DNA of 64,000 nt from Ostrea edulis (GCF_947568905.1 NC_079165.1:21452001-21516000), one strand, 5' to 3'; numbered from the stretch's first letter, positions 23,546-32,622 are shown. Numbers and translations: made by a program. Notes: generated by a model from the letters alone, not told the origin.

Positions 23546-24337
23546 ATGGCTACAAGAAGAGACCCGCTCTACAATTTTCAGACCTTGCCTGGATTCCGGT
23601 ACCGGCTGGTAGTGGTGGCTGAGGAACGGGTAGGGGAGAATTGGGTCGTGCGTTCTGAGAACGACCTGAGCACCTTCTCCCCTTTCGACCAGAGTGGGGT
23701 CCGTGAGATCATCTGCCGGGTGCGGGCCGAGTATGAAGGGAGGGCACCCCGCCGCCGCACCGCTCGAATCTCCACGGGTACGAGACCGCGCCGACGGGCC
23801 CCACAGCCACCCTCACCACCACCACCTTACTCCCCGGCGACGCCTACAACACCACCACCAGCGATCCCATCGGCACCAGTGGAATACAGCCCGGTGCCGA
23901 TGAGCGACTCACCAGCGTCACCGGTGGAGTATTCACCGCGGTCACCGTCCCCCGCACCACCTCCCAGTCCAGCCCAGAGTCCGTCACTGCTGGTGGCAGA
24001 CACAGCATCACCACCGAGACCAGCAGCCCCTGCAAGACCCCCACCACCTACCATCCGGTTTGCAGGGAGGACTCCACCACCACCGAGACCAACCCACGCA
24101 CCGGTGGCAACTCATCCCCCGAGGAACCACCCTATGACTGTCCCTGGCTGGGCAGATAGGGCGGTTCCCATCTGGTTTAAGTGTCCTGTCTGCTGGCAAG
24201 ACAGGGTACACTCTGGAATTACGTGCAGGGGATGTGGGCAGCGCCCAGCTTGCTGCTCGTGCGTGGAAGAGTTACAGGAGCGGCGACACACCCGGGGACG
24301 GTGCCCGTTATGCCGGTTTACCGGAAGCAGGGAATGA
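23546..24337 (+). CDS. Pro-rich protein with C-terminal C4C4 RING finger (putative viral E3 ligase)
   Basis: CPVC-x10-CRGC-x5-CCSC-x13-CPLC; PPPY and YSP repeats; ATATATA at about 23457; AATAAA at 24469. Confidence 0.75.
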   Translation: MATRRDPLYNFQTLPGFRYRLVVVAEERVGENWVVRSENDLSTFSPFDQSGVREIICRVRAEYEGRAPRRRTARISTGTRPRRRAPQPPSPPPPYSPATPTTPPPAIPSAPVEYSPVPMSDSPASPVEYSPRSPSPAPPPSPAQSPSLLVADTASPPRPAAPARPPPPTIRFAGRTPPPPRPTHAPVATHPPRNHPMTVPGWADRAVPIWFKCPVCWQDRVHSGITCRGCGQRPACCSCVEELQERRHTRGRCPLCRFTGSRE

Positions 24338-24596
24338 AAGTCGGTCCTTAGGACCAAACGGCCCTTTTCAGGGCCACCAACTTTTTTGAAAAGACACTTT
24401 TTATGGCAAAAATCAAGAAACACACAAGTTTGTTTTAAAAAAGTTTTATTAACACAAGTAATAGCTAGAATAAAGCTATAATAAAGTTACATTTTCTTGA
24501 CAATGTAAACATGTTTATGATACTGATAAGCAAAGTCACAAATCCATTGTCTATAATGAGCCCAATTGCCTCCGGCTAATCCATGAGGTTTCACCG

Positions 24597-25067
24597 TTAA
24601 ACAGTTACATTGTTGTACAATAGCATCCACCCAAGGTAGAGATAATACATCTCCTCGTAGATCCGTCTCCGCCATGGTGGTTGACAGGTCTCACAGGTAC
24701 ACGTTGACCAGGGTTCTTGACTGTAAGGACAATGTTGAAACAGCCGGGGATCAAACTTTCTCTGAGTCCAGCGCTCTCTAAACTCCTGACAGATCTCACA
24801 GGTACAGTCCTTATGTGCTATTTCTTCTTCAGGGGTGATGGTACAATGCTGCGGACACTTACACTCTAACCAGGGTTCTCTAGTGTGACCACAACATTTA
24901 TAGACAAAGGGATAATACGTCAGCTCTGCCAATCTCTCTATCCACTTCTGTTTGGCCAGGATGTTTTCTTTTTTATAATGAAAACAGCCACAAGTGCTCC
25001 AAGGTCCTCGGCAATACCCACACACTAGTACATCATTCTCATCATCCGCGTACCGTTCAAACGACAT
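24597..25067 (-). CDS. Cys/Trp-rich repeat protein of unknown function
   Basis: Three C-x5-PW-x2-C-x-C units; TATATA about 35 bp upstream of ATG 25067. Confidence 0.65.
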   Translation of the reverse strand: MSFERYADDENDVLVCGYCRGPWSTCGCFHYKKENILAKQKWIERLAELTYYPFVYKCCGHTREPWLECKCPQHCTITPEEEIAHKDCTCEICQEFRERWTQRKFDPRLFQHCPYSQEPWSTCTCETCQPPWRRRIYEEMYYLYLGWMLLYNNVTV

Positions 25068-25115
25068 GATTGAGAAAAATGGTAACAAGTGACCTATGTA
25101 TATAGTGTTTTTTGA

Positions 25116-25190
25116 TGAGTCATCAACATGACGTCAGCCATCTGAGGTAGGGGATGTTTTCGAGGACGTCCGCGCTCTCGCCTTTTTAAA
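25116..25190. promoter_or_regulatory. Divergent promoter: AP-1 site (25116-25122), CRE (25129-25136), 26-bp shared motif (25151-25176)
   Basis: TGAGTCA, TGACGTCA and GGGATGTTTTCGAGGACGTCCGCGCT read directly. Confidence 0.65.
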
Positions 25191-25241
25191 CCGAGCGCAA
25201 CGTCAAAATCGGGCATTCCGATTTTTTAAGGAACCAGAACC

Positions 25242-25541
25242 ATGAGTCGCAGAGTAGGACCAGACCCTACAGTGAATGATTATTGTATCAAATGGGAGGA
25301 GGATTGGGAGCGAGAGATTACCCCGCCGGCCTCACGGGAGGCTCTTCCCCCACCACCCATGAGCCAGGATCTGCCCCCGTCAGAAGAAAACTGGGACGCA
25401 GAGATGGAAGTGGTGCAGCGGCCTCCGGGGAGATTGTTTTTTAAACACGGGTGGTTGCCTGTTTTTGTGTTTGACCACGAGCAACCCCCGGAGGAGCAGA
25501 AAAAGAAGAGAAGAAAGAAGAAGAAGAAGAACAGACAGTGA
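25242..25541 (+). CDS. Small acidic/basic protein of unknown function
   Basis: 99-aa ORF downstream of shared promoter motif; EEDWERE/EENWDAE repeats; basic C-terminus. Confidence 0.55.
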   Translation: MSRRVGPDPTVNDYCIKWEEDWEREITPPASREALPPPPMSQDLPPSEENWDAEMEVVQRPPGRLFFKHGWLPVFVFDHEQPPEEQKKKRRKKKKKNRQ

Positions 25542-25752
25542 GAGGGGGATAGAGAAGAAGAGAAGGAGAAGAAGGAGAAGAGAGAAGAAGAAGAGAAAAG
25601 ACCAAGAACAGAGAGAGAGAAAGAAAACAGCCCTTTTCAGGGCTACCCATTCTTTTTGAAAAGACATGGTTGATTACAATGAAAAGAAAAAAAAAAATTT
25701 TTTTCCCAACGTTTTATTAAACTCCAACTATGAACAATAACAATAACATAGT

Positions 25753-26250
25753 TTACAATACATTCAGTCTTTGACATTGACAAGTTTGTCCTTGATGGGT
25801 TCTCGGTTTTCGGAAGGTCTCTTTAAACCAATCCGCCACAAAACGATCGCGTTGTAAGGCCGTGCCTTTCCAGGGAAGTAACCATTCTTGTACGGTGCTT
25901 CTATGTCGATGGCGTTGATGTAAAAAATACACACAGTATTGTCCACAGACATCCGTATTCAAATCTTGATAACAATGGGTGTTATGAATCCAAGTCTCTC
26001 CGTGGCGTTGAATAAAGTCTTGGATGTCTTTATGGCTGGGAGGTAATCCGTAAGAATCAAAATATTCGACGGTAGGGCTACTCAAATACAAACAGACCCA
26101 ATGCGCTCCAGGGCGATCGTGAGGGTCTGTATTCACCACGATGGCTTTGTGATGAGGTAACAGCTCAGGTATGACATCTCGAGGATACACACCTGCAAAC
26201 GCCGGTCCTAAATCTCGTTGTAAAACATCTCTCAATTGCTGAGTATCCAT
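25753..26250 (-). CDS. Adenain-like cysteine maturation protease
   Basis: VVNTD...GAHWV, EYFDSYG, YQ..TDVCGQYC; AATAAA at 25713-25718. Confidence 0.95.
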   Translation of the reverse strand: MDTQQLRDVLQRDLGPAFAGVYPRDVIPELLPHHKAIVVNTDPHDRPGAHWVCLYLSSPTVEYFDSYGLPPSHKDIQDFIQRHGETWIHNTHCYQDLNTDVCGQYCVYFLHQRHRHRSTVQEWLLPWKGTALQRDRFVADWFKETFRKPRTHQGQTCQCQRLNVL

Positions 26251-26257
26251 CTCTCTC

Positions 26258-27661
26258 TTAGTAATCGATGCTGACTTCTCGTTGTTTGTTGATTTCTAGC
26301 AGATTGTCGAACACGGCATACACCACACAGTTTAAGGTCCTGGCTACGTTGGCGGCAAATTGCACTTCCACTCTCAAGTTCCCCGTCTGTATGAGATGAA
26401 ATTTATCCGTCTGGACTTCTTGATCTTTCGTGAAATCCACACACCAGAGGGTGTAACCGTTTTTATACTCTTCCAGGGTAATGTCCGGAGCCCAGTCCTG
26501 GCCTAATTTTCCCAAGCCTTTGTACAGACTCAAATACGATCTCAGGTACTGATCGTCGGTGAAATTAGGTTCCAAAGGGCGGGTTTCCATCATTTCTCCA
26601 TTGATACTGATTTCTAATTTCTTGACTCTCTCATTTTGGAAATGAAAGGGGTTTCTGGTATTATCCCCATTAAAAGCCGCATTGTCCACAAAACCCAACA
26701 CGATCAGTTTAGGCATCTGTCCTTGAAACAGATGATCGGTGATTTTAGATTGGGTGCCACTAGGAATGGTGAAGGTTTTCACTTCCACTCGTCTCAATGG
26801 ATATTTCGCCGTTTGAGTACTCAGTTGCTGATTGATGAGATTAATGATACTCGGCACAGGTTTGACTTTCCTCACCCACAAGATCATACTTTGAATGGCC
26901 ACTTTCCCACTACTCCCGGCAGCGGTCATCATGTAGAACTGAGGTCGAGCGCGATTGAATCTGAGACGGACATCCAAGCCATTAGGGAGACATTTCTCTT
27001 GCTCAAACAAATCCAGATGTAATCGATCCATCAACACGATCTCCTTACTGTCTGTAATCTTCTCGTGACGTTTTCTCAACCCTACATTCTTGGAATCATC
27101 CGGATACTCGGGAGTCGGGATGACGGCCGCGATGTTGACTTTGTTAGACACTACTGCAAATTCCACAGGAGTTTGAGCCAGAGCTTCTAATTTGACCTCA
27201 TCCATATGTCCTGCCGTATCTTTTTCCCACAAGCTACAGGCTCTCATCTGGGTTTCCAGAGTCTTGGGTGCATAAGACAACAATTTCTCCAGATACGCTT
27301 TGTAGGGATAAGTATCCGTCCCCGGGGTAATGACTTTTCCATTGAGACTGACATCGATTTCACTGAACAAGGAATGGAGAATGTTATTCACGGGGGTGGA
27401 GGTCGAATTGCCTCCTGCGAGATTCGTTCCATTGGCTTTCGTGAATTTACATACCATCTGGAGATAAGTTTGGGATAAATCCAGATATTCATCTCCTTGT
27501 CCTTTGATTTCAAATTCAATCGGAGCCGTATCCGAGTTGAGGGTACTGGAAATGGGGTAATATTCCATCCATTTCGAATCTTCTAAAGTGACGTTGGTCG
27601 GGGGCACTTTAAACAGTTCTAAACTGCTGGTGCCACAAGCGCAAGATTCTCGGTGCATCAT
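26258..27661 (-). CDS. Major capsid protein (double jelly-roll), 467 aa
   Basis: [58 protein letters not shown] motifs of Polinton MCP. Confidence 0.95.
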   Translation of the reverse strand: MMHRESCACGTSSLELFKVPPTNVTLEDSKWMEYYPISSTLNSDTAPIEFEIKGQGDEYLDLSQTYLQMVCKFTKANGTNLAGGNSTSTPVNNILHSLFSEIDVSLNGKVITPGTDTYPYKAYLEKLLSYAPKTLETQMRACSLWEKDTAGHMDEVKLEALAQTPVEFAVVSNKVNIAAVIPTPEYPDDSKNVGLRKRHEKITDSKEIVLMDRLHLDLFEQEKCLPNGLDVRLRFNRARPQFYMMTAAGSSGKVAIQSMILWVRKVKPVPSIINLINQQLSTQTAKYPLRRVEVKTFTIPSGTQSKITDHLFQGQMPKLIVLGFVDNAAFNGDNTRNPFHFQNERVKKLEISINGEMMETRPLEPNFTDDQYLRSYLSLYKGLGKLGQDWAPDITLEEYKNGYTLWCVDFTKDQEVQTDKFHLIQTGNLRVEVQFAANVARTLNCVVYAVFDNLLEINKQREVSIDY

Positions 27662-27740
27662 ATTGGAACGATGTGTTACTCAGCGTGAACTGGCATCAAA
27701 TGTGTTCTGGGCTCCTTCTCACCCCCTTTTTATAGGGTTC

Positions 27741-28436
27741 TCAGTCGAAAATATCCAGAGAGCGTTTTGGCTTACCCCTTTTCACTAGCTTCCTACCTCC
27801 CTTCCTAGATCGCTTCCTAGGTTGCTTCCTAGGTCTCTTATGAGGCCCTCCCCGAGCTAAGATACGTTGTTTTCTTTTAACAAATCCTTTTCCTTCCTGT
27901 ATTCCCACCTGTTTTCCCACCTGTTTTCTTTTGAGGGTCGTGGTTCCAGGCTTCCTGAGTATTCCTGTGCGTGCTTTTCTTCCTCGTTTGGATGGGGCTT
28001 TTCGAGATCTTCGCCTACGGGCATACCCTGCTGTCTCTTTCAGGGCTTGGGCACCGTGTGTCTTGAGAGCGTCTTTGAGTGATCGTTTATTATCTAACAC
28101 ATCCATCCCTGTTTTAGCAGCAGCCTTTAAGGCACTTTTAGCCCCCGATTTGAGTAAATCGGTGAAAAATCCTTTTCCCTTCTGCTTTTCAGATTCTGGG
28201 TCATATTCTTCTGTTGGATGGCTTCTACGTCGTCTCCTCTGATAAGAGCGATAAGGGCGGTCGTAATCATAATATCTCTCTTGATAGACAGGACGTTGTT
28301 GTTGTTGTTGTTGCTGTTGTGCGGGGGATCCACCTAATAATCCGCTGATCAGGGGACCCGCCACTTTGCTGGCTATTCCCAACAGGGCTCCAAGCCCGTG
28401 ACCCTGCTGCCGTATTAAACCTTTATGGTAGTGCAT
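27741..28436 (-). CDS. Basic core/membrane-active precursor with amphipathic helices (analogue of adenovirus pVI/pVII)
   Basis: QQGHG-LGALLGIASKV and QKGKG-FFTDLLKSGAKSALK amphipathic segments; Arg/Lys-rich C-terminal half. Confidence 0.75.
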   Translation of the reverse strand: MHYHKGLIRQQGHGLGALLGIASKVAGPLISGLLGGSPAQQQQQQQQRPVYQERYYDYDRPYRSYQRRRRRSHPTEEYDPESEKQKGKGFFTDLLKSGAKSALKAAAKTGMDVLDNKRSLKDALKTHGAQALKETAGYARRRRSRKAPSKRGRKARTGILRKPGTTTLKRKQVGKQVGIQEGKGFVKRKQRILARGGPHKRPRKQPRKRSRKGGRKLVKRGKPKRSLDIFD

Positions 28437-28463
28437 CTTGATGTAAATGAACTTCGTTAGGGT

Positions 28464-28607
28464 TTACACCCGCTTTTTATACTTTTTACGCCGTCTCTTT
28501 CTCTTCTTTCCTTGGCCCGCTTGACCCACAATGGCATTGGCAATCCACGGAATGAGAAACCAGATTCCGTGTCCTTTCTGGCGTCTGACTCCTCGATGGT
28601 ACTTCAT
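28464..28607 (-). CDS. 47-aa hydrophobic/basic peptide (below ORF-track cutoff)
   Basis: MKYHRGVRRQKGHGIWFLIPWIANAIVGQAGQGKKRKRRRKKYKKRV; ATG 3 nt after penton stop; N-terminus mirrors MHYHKGLIRQQGHG of the next gene. Confidence 0.7.
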   Translation of the reverse strand: MKYHRGVRRQKGHGIWFLIPWIANAIVGQAGQGKKRKRRRKKYKKRV

Positions 28608-28610
28608 CTT

Positions 28611-29612
28611 TCAATACACTTTGCGGAAATGAAGTTTGACTAGGGAGCGCCCATTTAAAAACCCCATAGGACGCCCTAAAGAATTCATGATGTGTACCTC
28701 AATGGTATCGAAATATTTCTTACTCAGTTTCAAATATTCGGCTCGAATCGGTTCCCAACGGGCTTGTTGTCGATCGTCGTATTGAGCCGTACAGGGGACG
28801 ACTCTCAATAATTTCAATTTGTTGGTGCCCACCACTTGAGGATCCACAATGTCACAATACACATACATGGCTTTCAGATTGTCGTAGACATCCATGGTCG
28901 TGTTCCCCAAGTAATTCACGTTGATCTATTTCGTCATGGTTTCTTGGCCCAGGATCATTTTGTCACTATCCAGACCTAGCTTGTACGCTAAGGGCGTAGG
29001 GAAACGAATGCACATGGGGGTGGATCTCAGTGCTTTCCCATTAAACTGATACTCGACACGATCGTACTCGGGGTGATACACTAAGATCTGGTTGTTCCCC
29101 TCGTCGTTAGGATTCCCTAACTCGGTCCATACTTTCCACAGGGTTCTCCTTAAGGCTGCGTTGATTTCATTGATTAACGCCAAAGGTTGTGTATAAGCTC
29201 CGGGTCGAAAGTGAATGCGAATGATATCGAAGGGAAATAAACTATCCCCTCCCGCAAAGAGATGGGACCATGGCGTCAGATCCCAGGGGACCACCACCTC
29301 ACACCTGGCCATCGTGACTTTGCCCATATTCTCTGTCTTAAATCTTTCCCATTTATAAGTGTTGGGATCTTGGACATGTTGCGTATACGGATCTGGAATG
29401 AGAACGTCCACATAAGCCTCGCTATCCGATACGTTTTGTAAGTTAGCCGAGTACATCATTTCGGTCAATCCGACTTCCCATGCTCCATCCGTTAAGTCCA
29501 TGGTGTGTGGCAATAACGTTTTAAATTGAGCCGTCGTATTCGTCGGAAACGATTCCATCGACCCATCACTCAACAGAGTCATGTAAAACCCTTCTCCTCC
29601 TCCTCCAGCCAT
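28611..29612 (-). pseudogene. Minor capsid protein (penton) interrupted by one in-frame TAG at 28926-28928
   Basis: N-term FYMTLLSDGSME.FPTNT..F..WEVGL and C-term YVYCDIVDPQVVG..LLRVV..TIEV..LHFR are in the same frame, joined ACG AAA TAG ATC AAC. Confidence 0.9.
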
Positions 29613-29725
29613 GATGTCTTAAATGAGCCCCTGTCTCTGTTTCCTTCTCTATTTATACACAACACCGTTTTGTTTTTTCACAATTTTTTATTTGAAACAA
29701 CATACAACATGACAATACATTCAAT

Positions 29726-30175
29726 TCATTCTTCTTGATCGCGGCCACCACCCCACATCAACGCATCCGAGTCTTCCAACTCTAGTGTTCGTCTCGGGAC
29801 TAAGCGTCGTCGCATCACCAGATAGTGTCGGGTTCCCCAGCAATCGGCTACATCATAACCTTCATTGATCATGTCTTTGAAATGTCGGAGACAGTCCTCG
29901 GAATGGTCAAACCAAGGACTCTCATTTAAGGTCCAATCGGATTCGTCTTGTCGTCCCATCAATCCCCAGAAGGCTTTGACTTTCCAGCGAAACTCTTGAT
30001 ACTTGGTCTTCATGATAAAGGCTGACCATCCGTGAGGTATCAGTATACGTTTGTACAAGTACACAGGATGCGTGGACGTTTTGTGTTGTTTACAATGCAT
30101 CAAACACATCTGCTTATCCGCAAACCATGCCGTTTTCTTTCCCTCTTGTTTCCAGGCGTACTGTGTGTTAGCCAT
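29726..30175 (-). CDS. Hypothetical protein with internal duplication
   Basis: AWFADKQMCLMHCK versus PWFDHSEDCLRHFK; TATA inside upstream gene (about 30212); AATAAA 29687-29692. Confidence 0.6.
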   Translation of the reverse strand: MANTQYAWKQEGKKTAWFADKQMCLMHCKQHKTSTHPVYLYKRILIPHGWSAFIMKTKYQEFRWKVKAFWGLMGRQDESDWTLNESPWFDHSEDCLRHFKDMINEGYDVADCWGTRHYLVMRRRLVPRRTLELEDSDALMWGGGRDQEE

Positions 30176-30455
30176 GGTGAACTGATGAATCTGAAGAAGA
30201 TCGTTCCTGTTTTATACTCGGGCTCGCTAACGTCATTTGTGGACTAGGCATGACGTAGCCCACCAAAGAACTTAAGGTGACCATCCAAAAATCGCGATTG
30301 GGATCGCCTAAGGCTAACATGACGACCGAGGTGATAATGATGGTTAAACACAGGAATAATTGTGCAAAATACACAATTTCTGCTCGAGGGACTTTTTCAC
30401 CCAAGAAAGTCCACTGGTTGGTCATGGCTGAATGAGATCCGCTTGCGGAATCCAT
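30168..30455 (-). CDS. Small two-TM membrane protein
   Basis: IVYFAQLFLCLTIIITSVVMLAL and FWMVTLSSLVGYVMP hydrophobic segments. Confidence 0.7.
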   Translation of the reverse strand: MDSASGSHSAMTNQWTFLGEKVPRAEIVYFAQLFLCLTIIITSVVMLALGDPNRDFWMVTLSSLVGYVMPSPQMTLASPSIKQERSSSDSSVHHG

Positions 30456-31507
30456 GAATCAAAACTGGGAGGATATCCTTTCCAACGCACTTTGACTTCT
30501 GAAATGACTTTTTTTCCCACACGCCGCTTTTTATACCCTAAGATTTCTTCCACTTCATAGACATCATCGTCTTTAATCACTTGTTGTAATTCCTTCTCGT
30601 AAAACGTTCCTTCTAATTCTTCCCCGTGATCGTCTTGAATGCGATAGACGTTTCGTCCTGGCACTTTTCTAGAGATGGTAAACAGCTCTTTGGTCCAATT
30701 CGGTAAATATCCTTTTTCAAACGTACGTTTGGCTTTACTAATGCGTACACGATCCCCCACTTGCAAGCGACTCGTGGTATCGGCACTCTGTTTTCCATAC
30801 AAGGTTTTCCATACGGTCAAGACATTCTTGGCATTGACTTGAGCAGGAGCTCGCCGGATACTGCGATGATAGGTATGATTGTAACCATACACCAGATCCC
30901 CCAAGACATCGACATACCGTCGTGTTTTATGACGTGTAAAATACCGCCACATGCGTGCTTTCAGCGTGCGTTGAAAACGTTCCACAATACTGGCTTTGGT
31001 TTCGGCATTACGGGTCGTAAAGAAATGAATGGATTTGAAGGCTTGACGAAATTCTTTATTGGTAAATTCTTTTCCTTGATCGGACTGAATGCGGACGGGG
31101 CGACGTCCCTCTCGAAAAATCCCTCGTAAGCCTCGTATCATTTCTTTACCCGTTTTCTGTTTTAAAGGCACGACCCAGGCATATTTAGACAGCACGTCAA
31201 TGGCACATAATAAAAACGTATACCCATTATTGTCTTGTTTCAAGCTGGAGACATCGGCTAAATCTAATTGCCATTGTTCATCCATATCCGTCACTCGTGT
31301 TTGTCGTCGCTTGAATTTCCTCCGTATCGGTTTATGCAAGGTATAGGTATCTTGAGCTTTCACCCATTCTCGAATTTGAGACAGGGTAATCTTGTGTCCT
31401 AATTGACGCACTTGACGATACAACGCCTGGACTCCCCCATACCCTGTCTTGGGATCGTAATACAGTCGCTGTAAGATCTGTTCTGCTTTCATGGTAGATT
31501 TAACCAT
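30422..31507 (-). CDS. int: Retroviral-like (rve) integrase with C-terminal chromodomain
   Basis: WQLDLAD, IQSDQGKEF, KASIVERFQRTLK (DDE); YEVEEIL..VRWKGYPPSFDSWI. Confidence 0.97.
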   Translation of the reverse strand: MVKSTMKAEQILQRLYYDPKTGYGGVQALYRQVRQLGHKITLSQIREWVKAQDTYTLHKPIRRKFKRRQTRVTDMDEQWQLDLADVSSLKQDNNGYTFLLCAIDVLSKYAWVVPLKQKTGKEMIRGLRGIFREGRRPVRIQSDQGKEFTNKEFRQAFKSIHFFTTRNAETKASIVERFQRTLKARMWRYFTRHKTRRYVDVLGDLVYGYNHTYHRSIRRAPAQVNAKNVLTVWKTLYGKQSADTTSRLQVGDRVRISKAKRTFEKGYLPNWTKELFTISRKVPGRNVYRIQDDHGEELEGTFYEKELQQVIKDDDVYEVEEILGYKKRRVGKKVISEVKVRWKGYPPSFDSWIPQADLIQP

Positions 31508-32256
31508 TTTCCAATTTCACGTGATGTCTTTTTACTGGCCTCCCAGATATTTTTAGGGGTCATCATTCGTCTGGGAGTTTCATAGAACGATTGGTCAAAA
31601 CCCGAGATTTCTTGAAATCCGCTCTCCTCTTCCTCTAGAGGTCTAGGCGTACTGATTTTCCCTGGTTTGTCCATGGCTTTTATAACATCCCGATTGTTCA
31701 CATATCCTTTGGGAGCATGAGTCTCTTTTAACGCTTGAGCAAATTCCTCTAATCCCGTGGGGGGATCACGATGTCTTAAGGGTCTTTGTCGTTGGGCTTC
31801 GGTCATTAAATCCACAATATTGGAATCGGGAACCCTGCGTCCTCTATAGCTGATTTCTCCTTCTTTATTCCAAGTCACCACTTTGGATTTCTTGAGATGA
31901 TCGAGTAATAAACCTGCTTTCTTTCGACCCGGTTTATTGACGCTTTTGATAATCTGTTCCTCCAAGTCATCGGGTGCTGCGGCGGTTGTGGGTGGTGAGG
32001 CGGCACTGGCTGCACTGGTTGGGGAGGGCCGAGTGGCTGGGGTGGGATGTCGAGCTTGTTGTAAATATTGACGATAGCGATGAAGTTGATGACCGTACAA
32101 CCCCACTTTTTCTTTCTCGGTTAAATCATCTCGATGTTCAATCTCGTCCAAATCACTGCGTAAACCAATAGTCGAGGTAAATTCGGGAGGTTTAGGTAAT
32201 TTGCCTTTTAATTCGTTGAGCATCGCTTCCGGTACCAATACCATTTTTCGACTCAT
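31489..32256 (-). CDS. Conserved uncharacterised Maverick protein
   Basis: MSRKMVLVP start; VTWNKEGEISYRGRRVPDSNIVDL motif typical of Polinton gene next to integrase. Confidence 0.8.
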   Translation of the reverse strand: MSRKMVLVPEAMLNELKGKLPKPPEFTSTIGLRSDLDEIEHRDDLTEKEKVGLYGHQLHRYRQYLQQARHPTPATRPSPTSAASAASPPTTAAAPDDLEEQIIKSVNKPGRKKAGLLLDHLKKSKVVTWNKEGEISYRGRRVPDSNIVDLMTEAQRQRPLRHRDPPTGLEEFAQALKETHAPKGYVNNRDVIKAMDKPGKISTPRPLEEEESGFQEISGFDQSFYETPRRMMTPKNIWEASKKTSREIGKWLNLP

Positions 32257-32582
32257 GATTTCTTACAAATTTTGCCACACACAAACGAACCCAATCCTTT
32301 TTGGTGGATGAGTATACCTCGTCGTTTTTTCACGGGTTGAGTCCGGACTAAGCGTCTTAAGATGTGTTTCTTTCGACCCAGTTGTCGCTTCTGAGTAGGA
32401 TTGAGAGGAATCACCCCTTTTAATAGATTGTACACAATCTCACAAATCTTTAAAATGCAGTCATTGGAACAATGTTTCAACACCTCTGTCTTTAATTTGC
32501 TGGAATAGTGAGGAGCCGCTAACGTCTGCAAGAGCGGTAAATGAGGTCGTAATCGACATTCACACTTCTTCGTATGAGCCAT
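32253..32582 (-). CDS. Conserved small basic Maverick protein (109 aa)
   Basis: ICEIVYNLLKGVIPL..QKR..ILRRL..QKGLG; TATAAAA at 32614-32621; ATGA overlap with next gene. Confidence 0.8.
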   Translation of the reverse strand: MAHTKKCECRLRPHLPLLQTLAAPHYSSKLKTEVLKHCSNDCILKICEIVYNLLKGVIPLNPTQKRQLGRKKHILRRLVRTQPVKKRRGILIHQKGLGSFVCGKICKKS

Positions 32583-32622
32583 GATAATGAAGGGTGGGGC
32601 CCCTTCCCCCTCCTTTTTATAC

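Noticed and set aside
23578-24423. Antisense and alternative-frame ORFs over the RING gene (likewise over MCP, integrase, PolB)
   Set aside because: Expected shadows of GC-rich stop-poor coding sequence
26258-27661. KGQG and KGLG in MCP as protease sites
   Set aside because: Lack the upstream Gln and lie in conserved jelly-roll segments; they show that G-x-G alone is not specific
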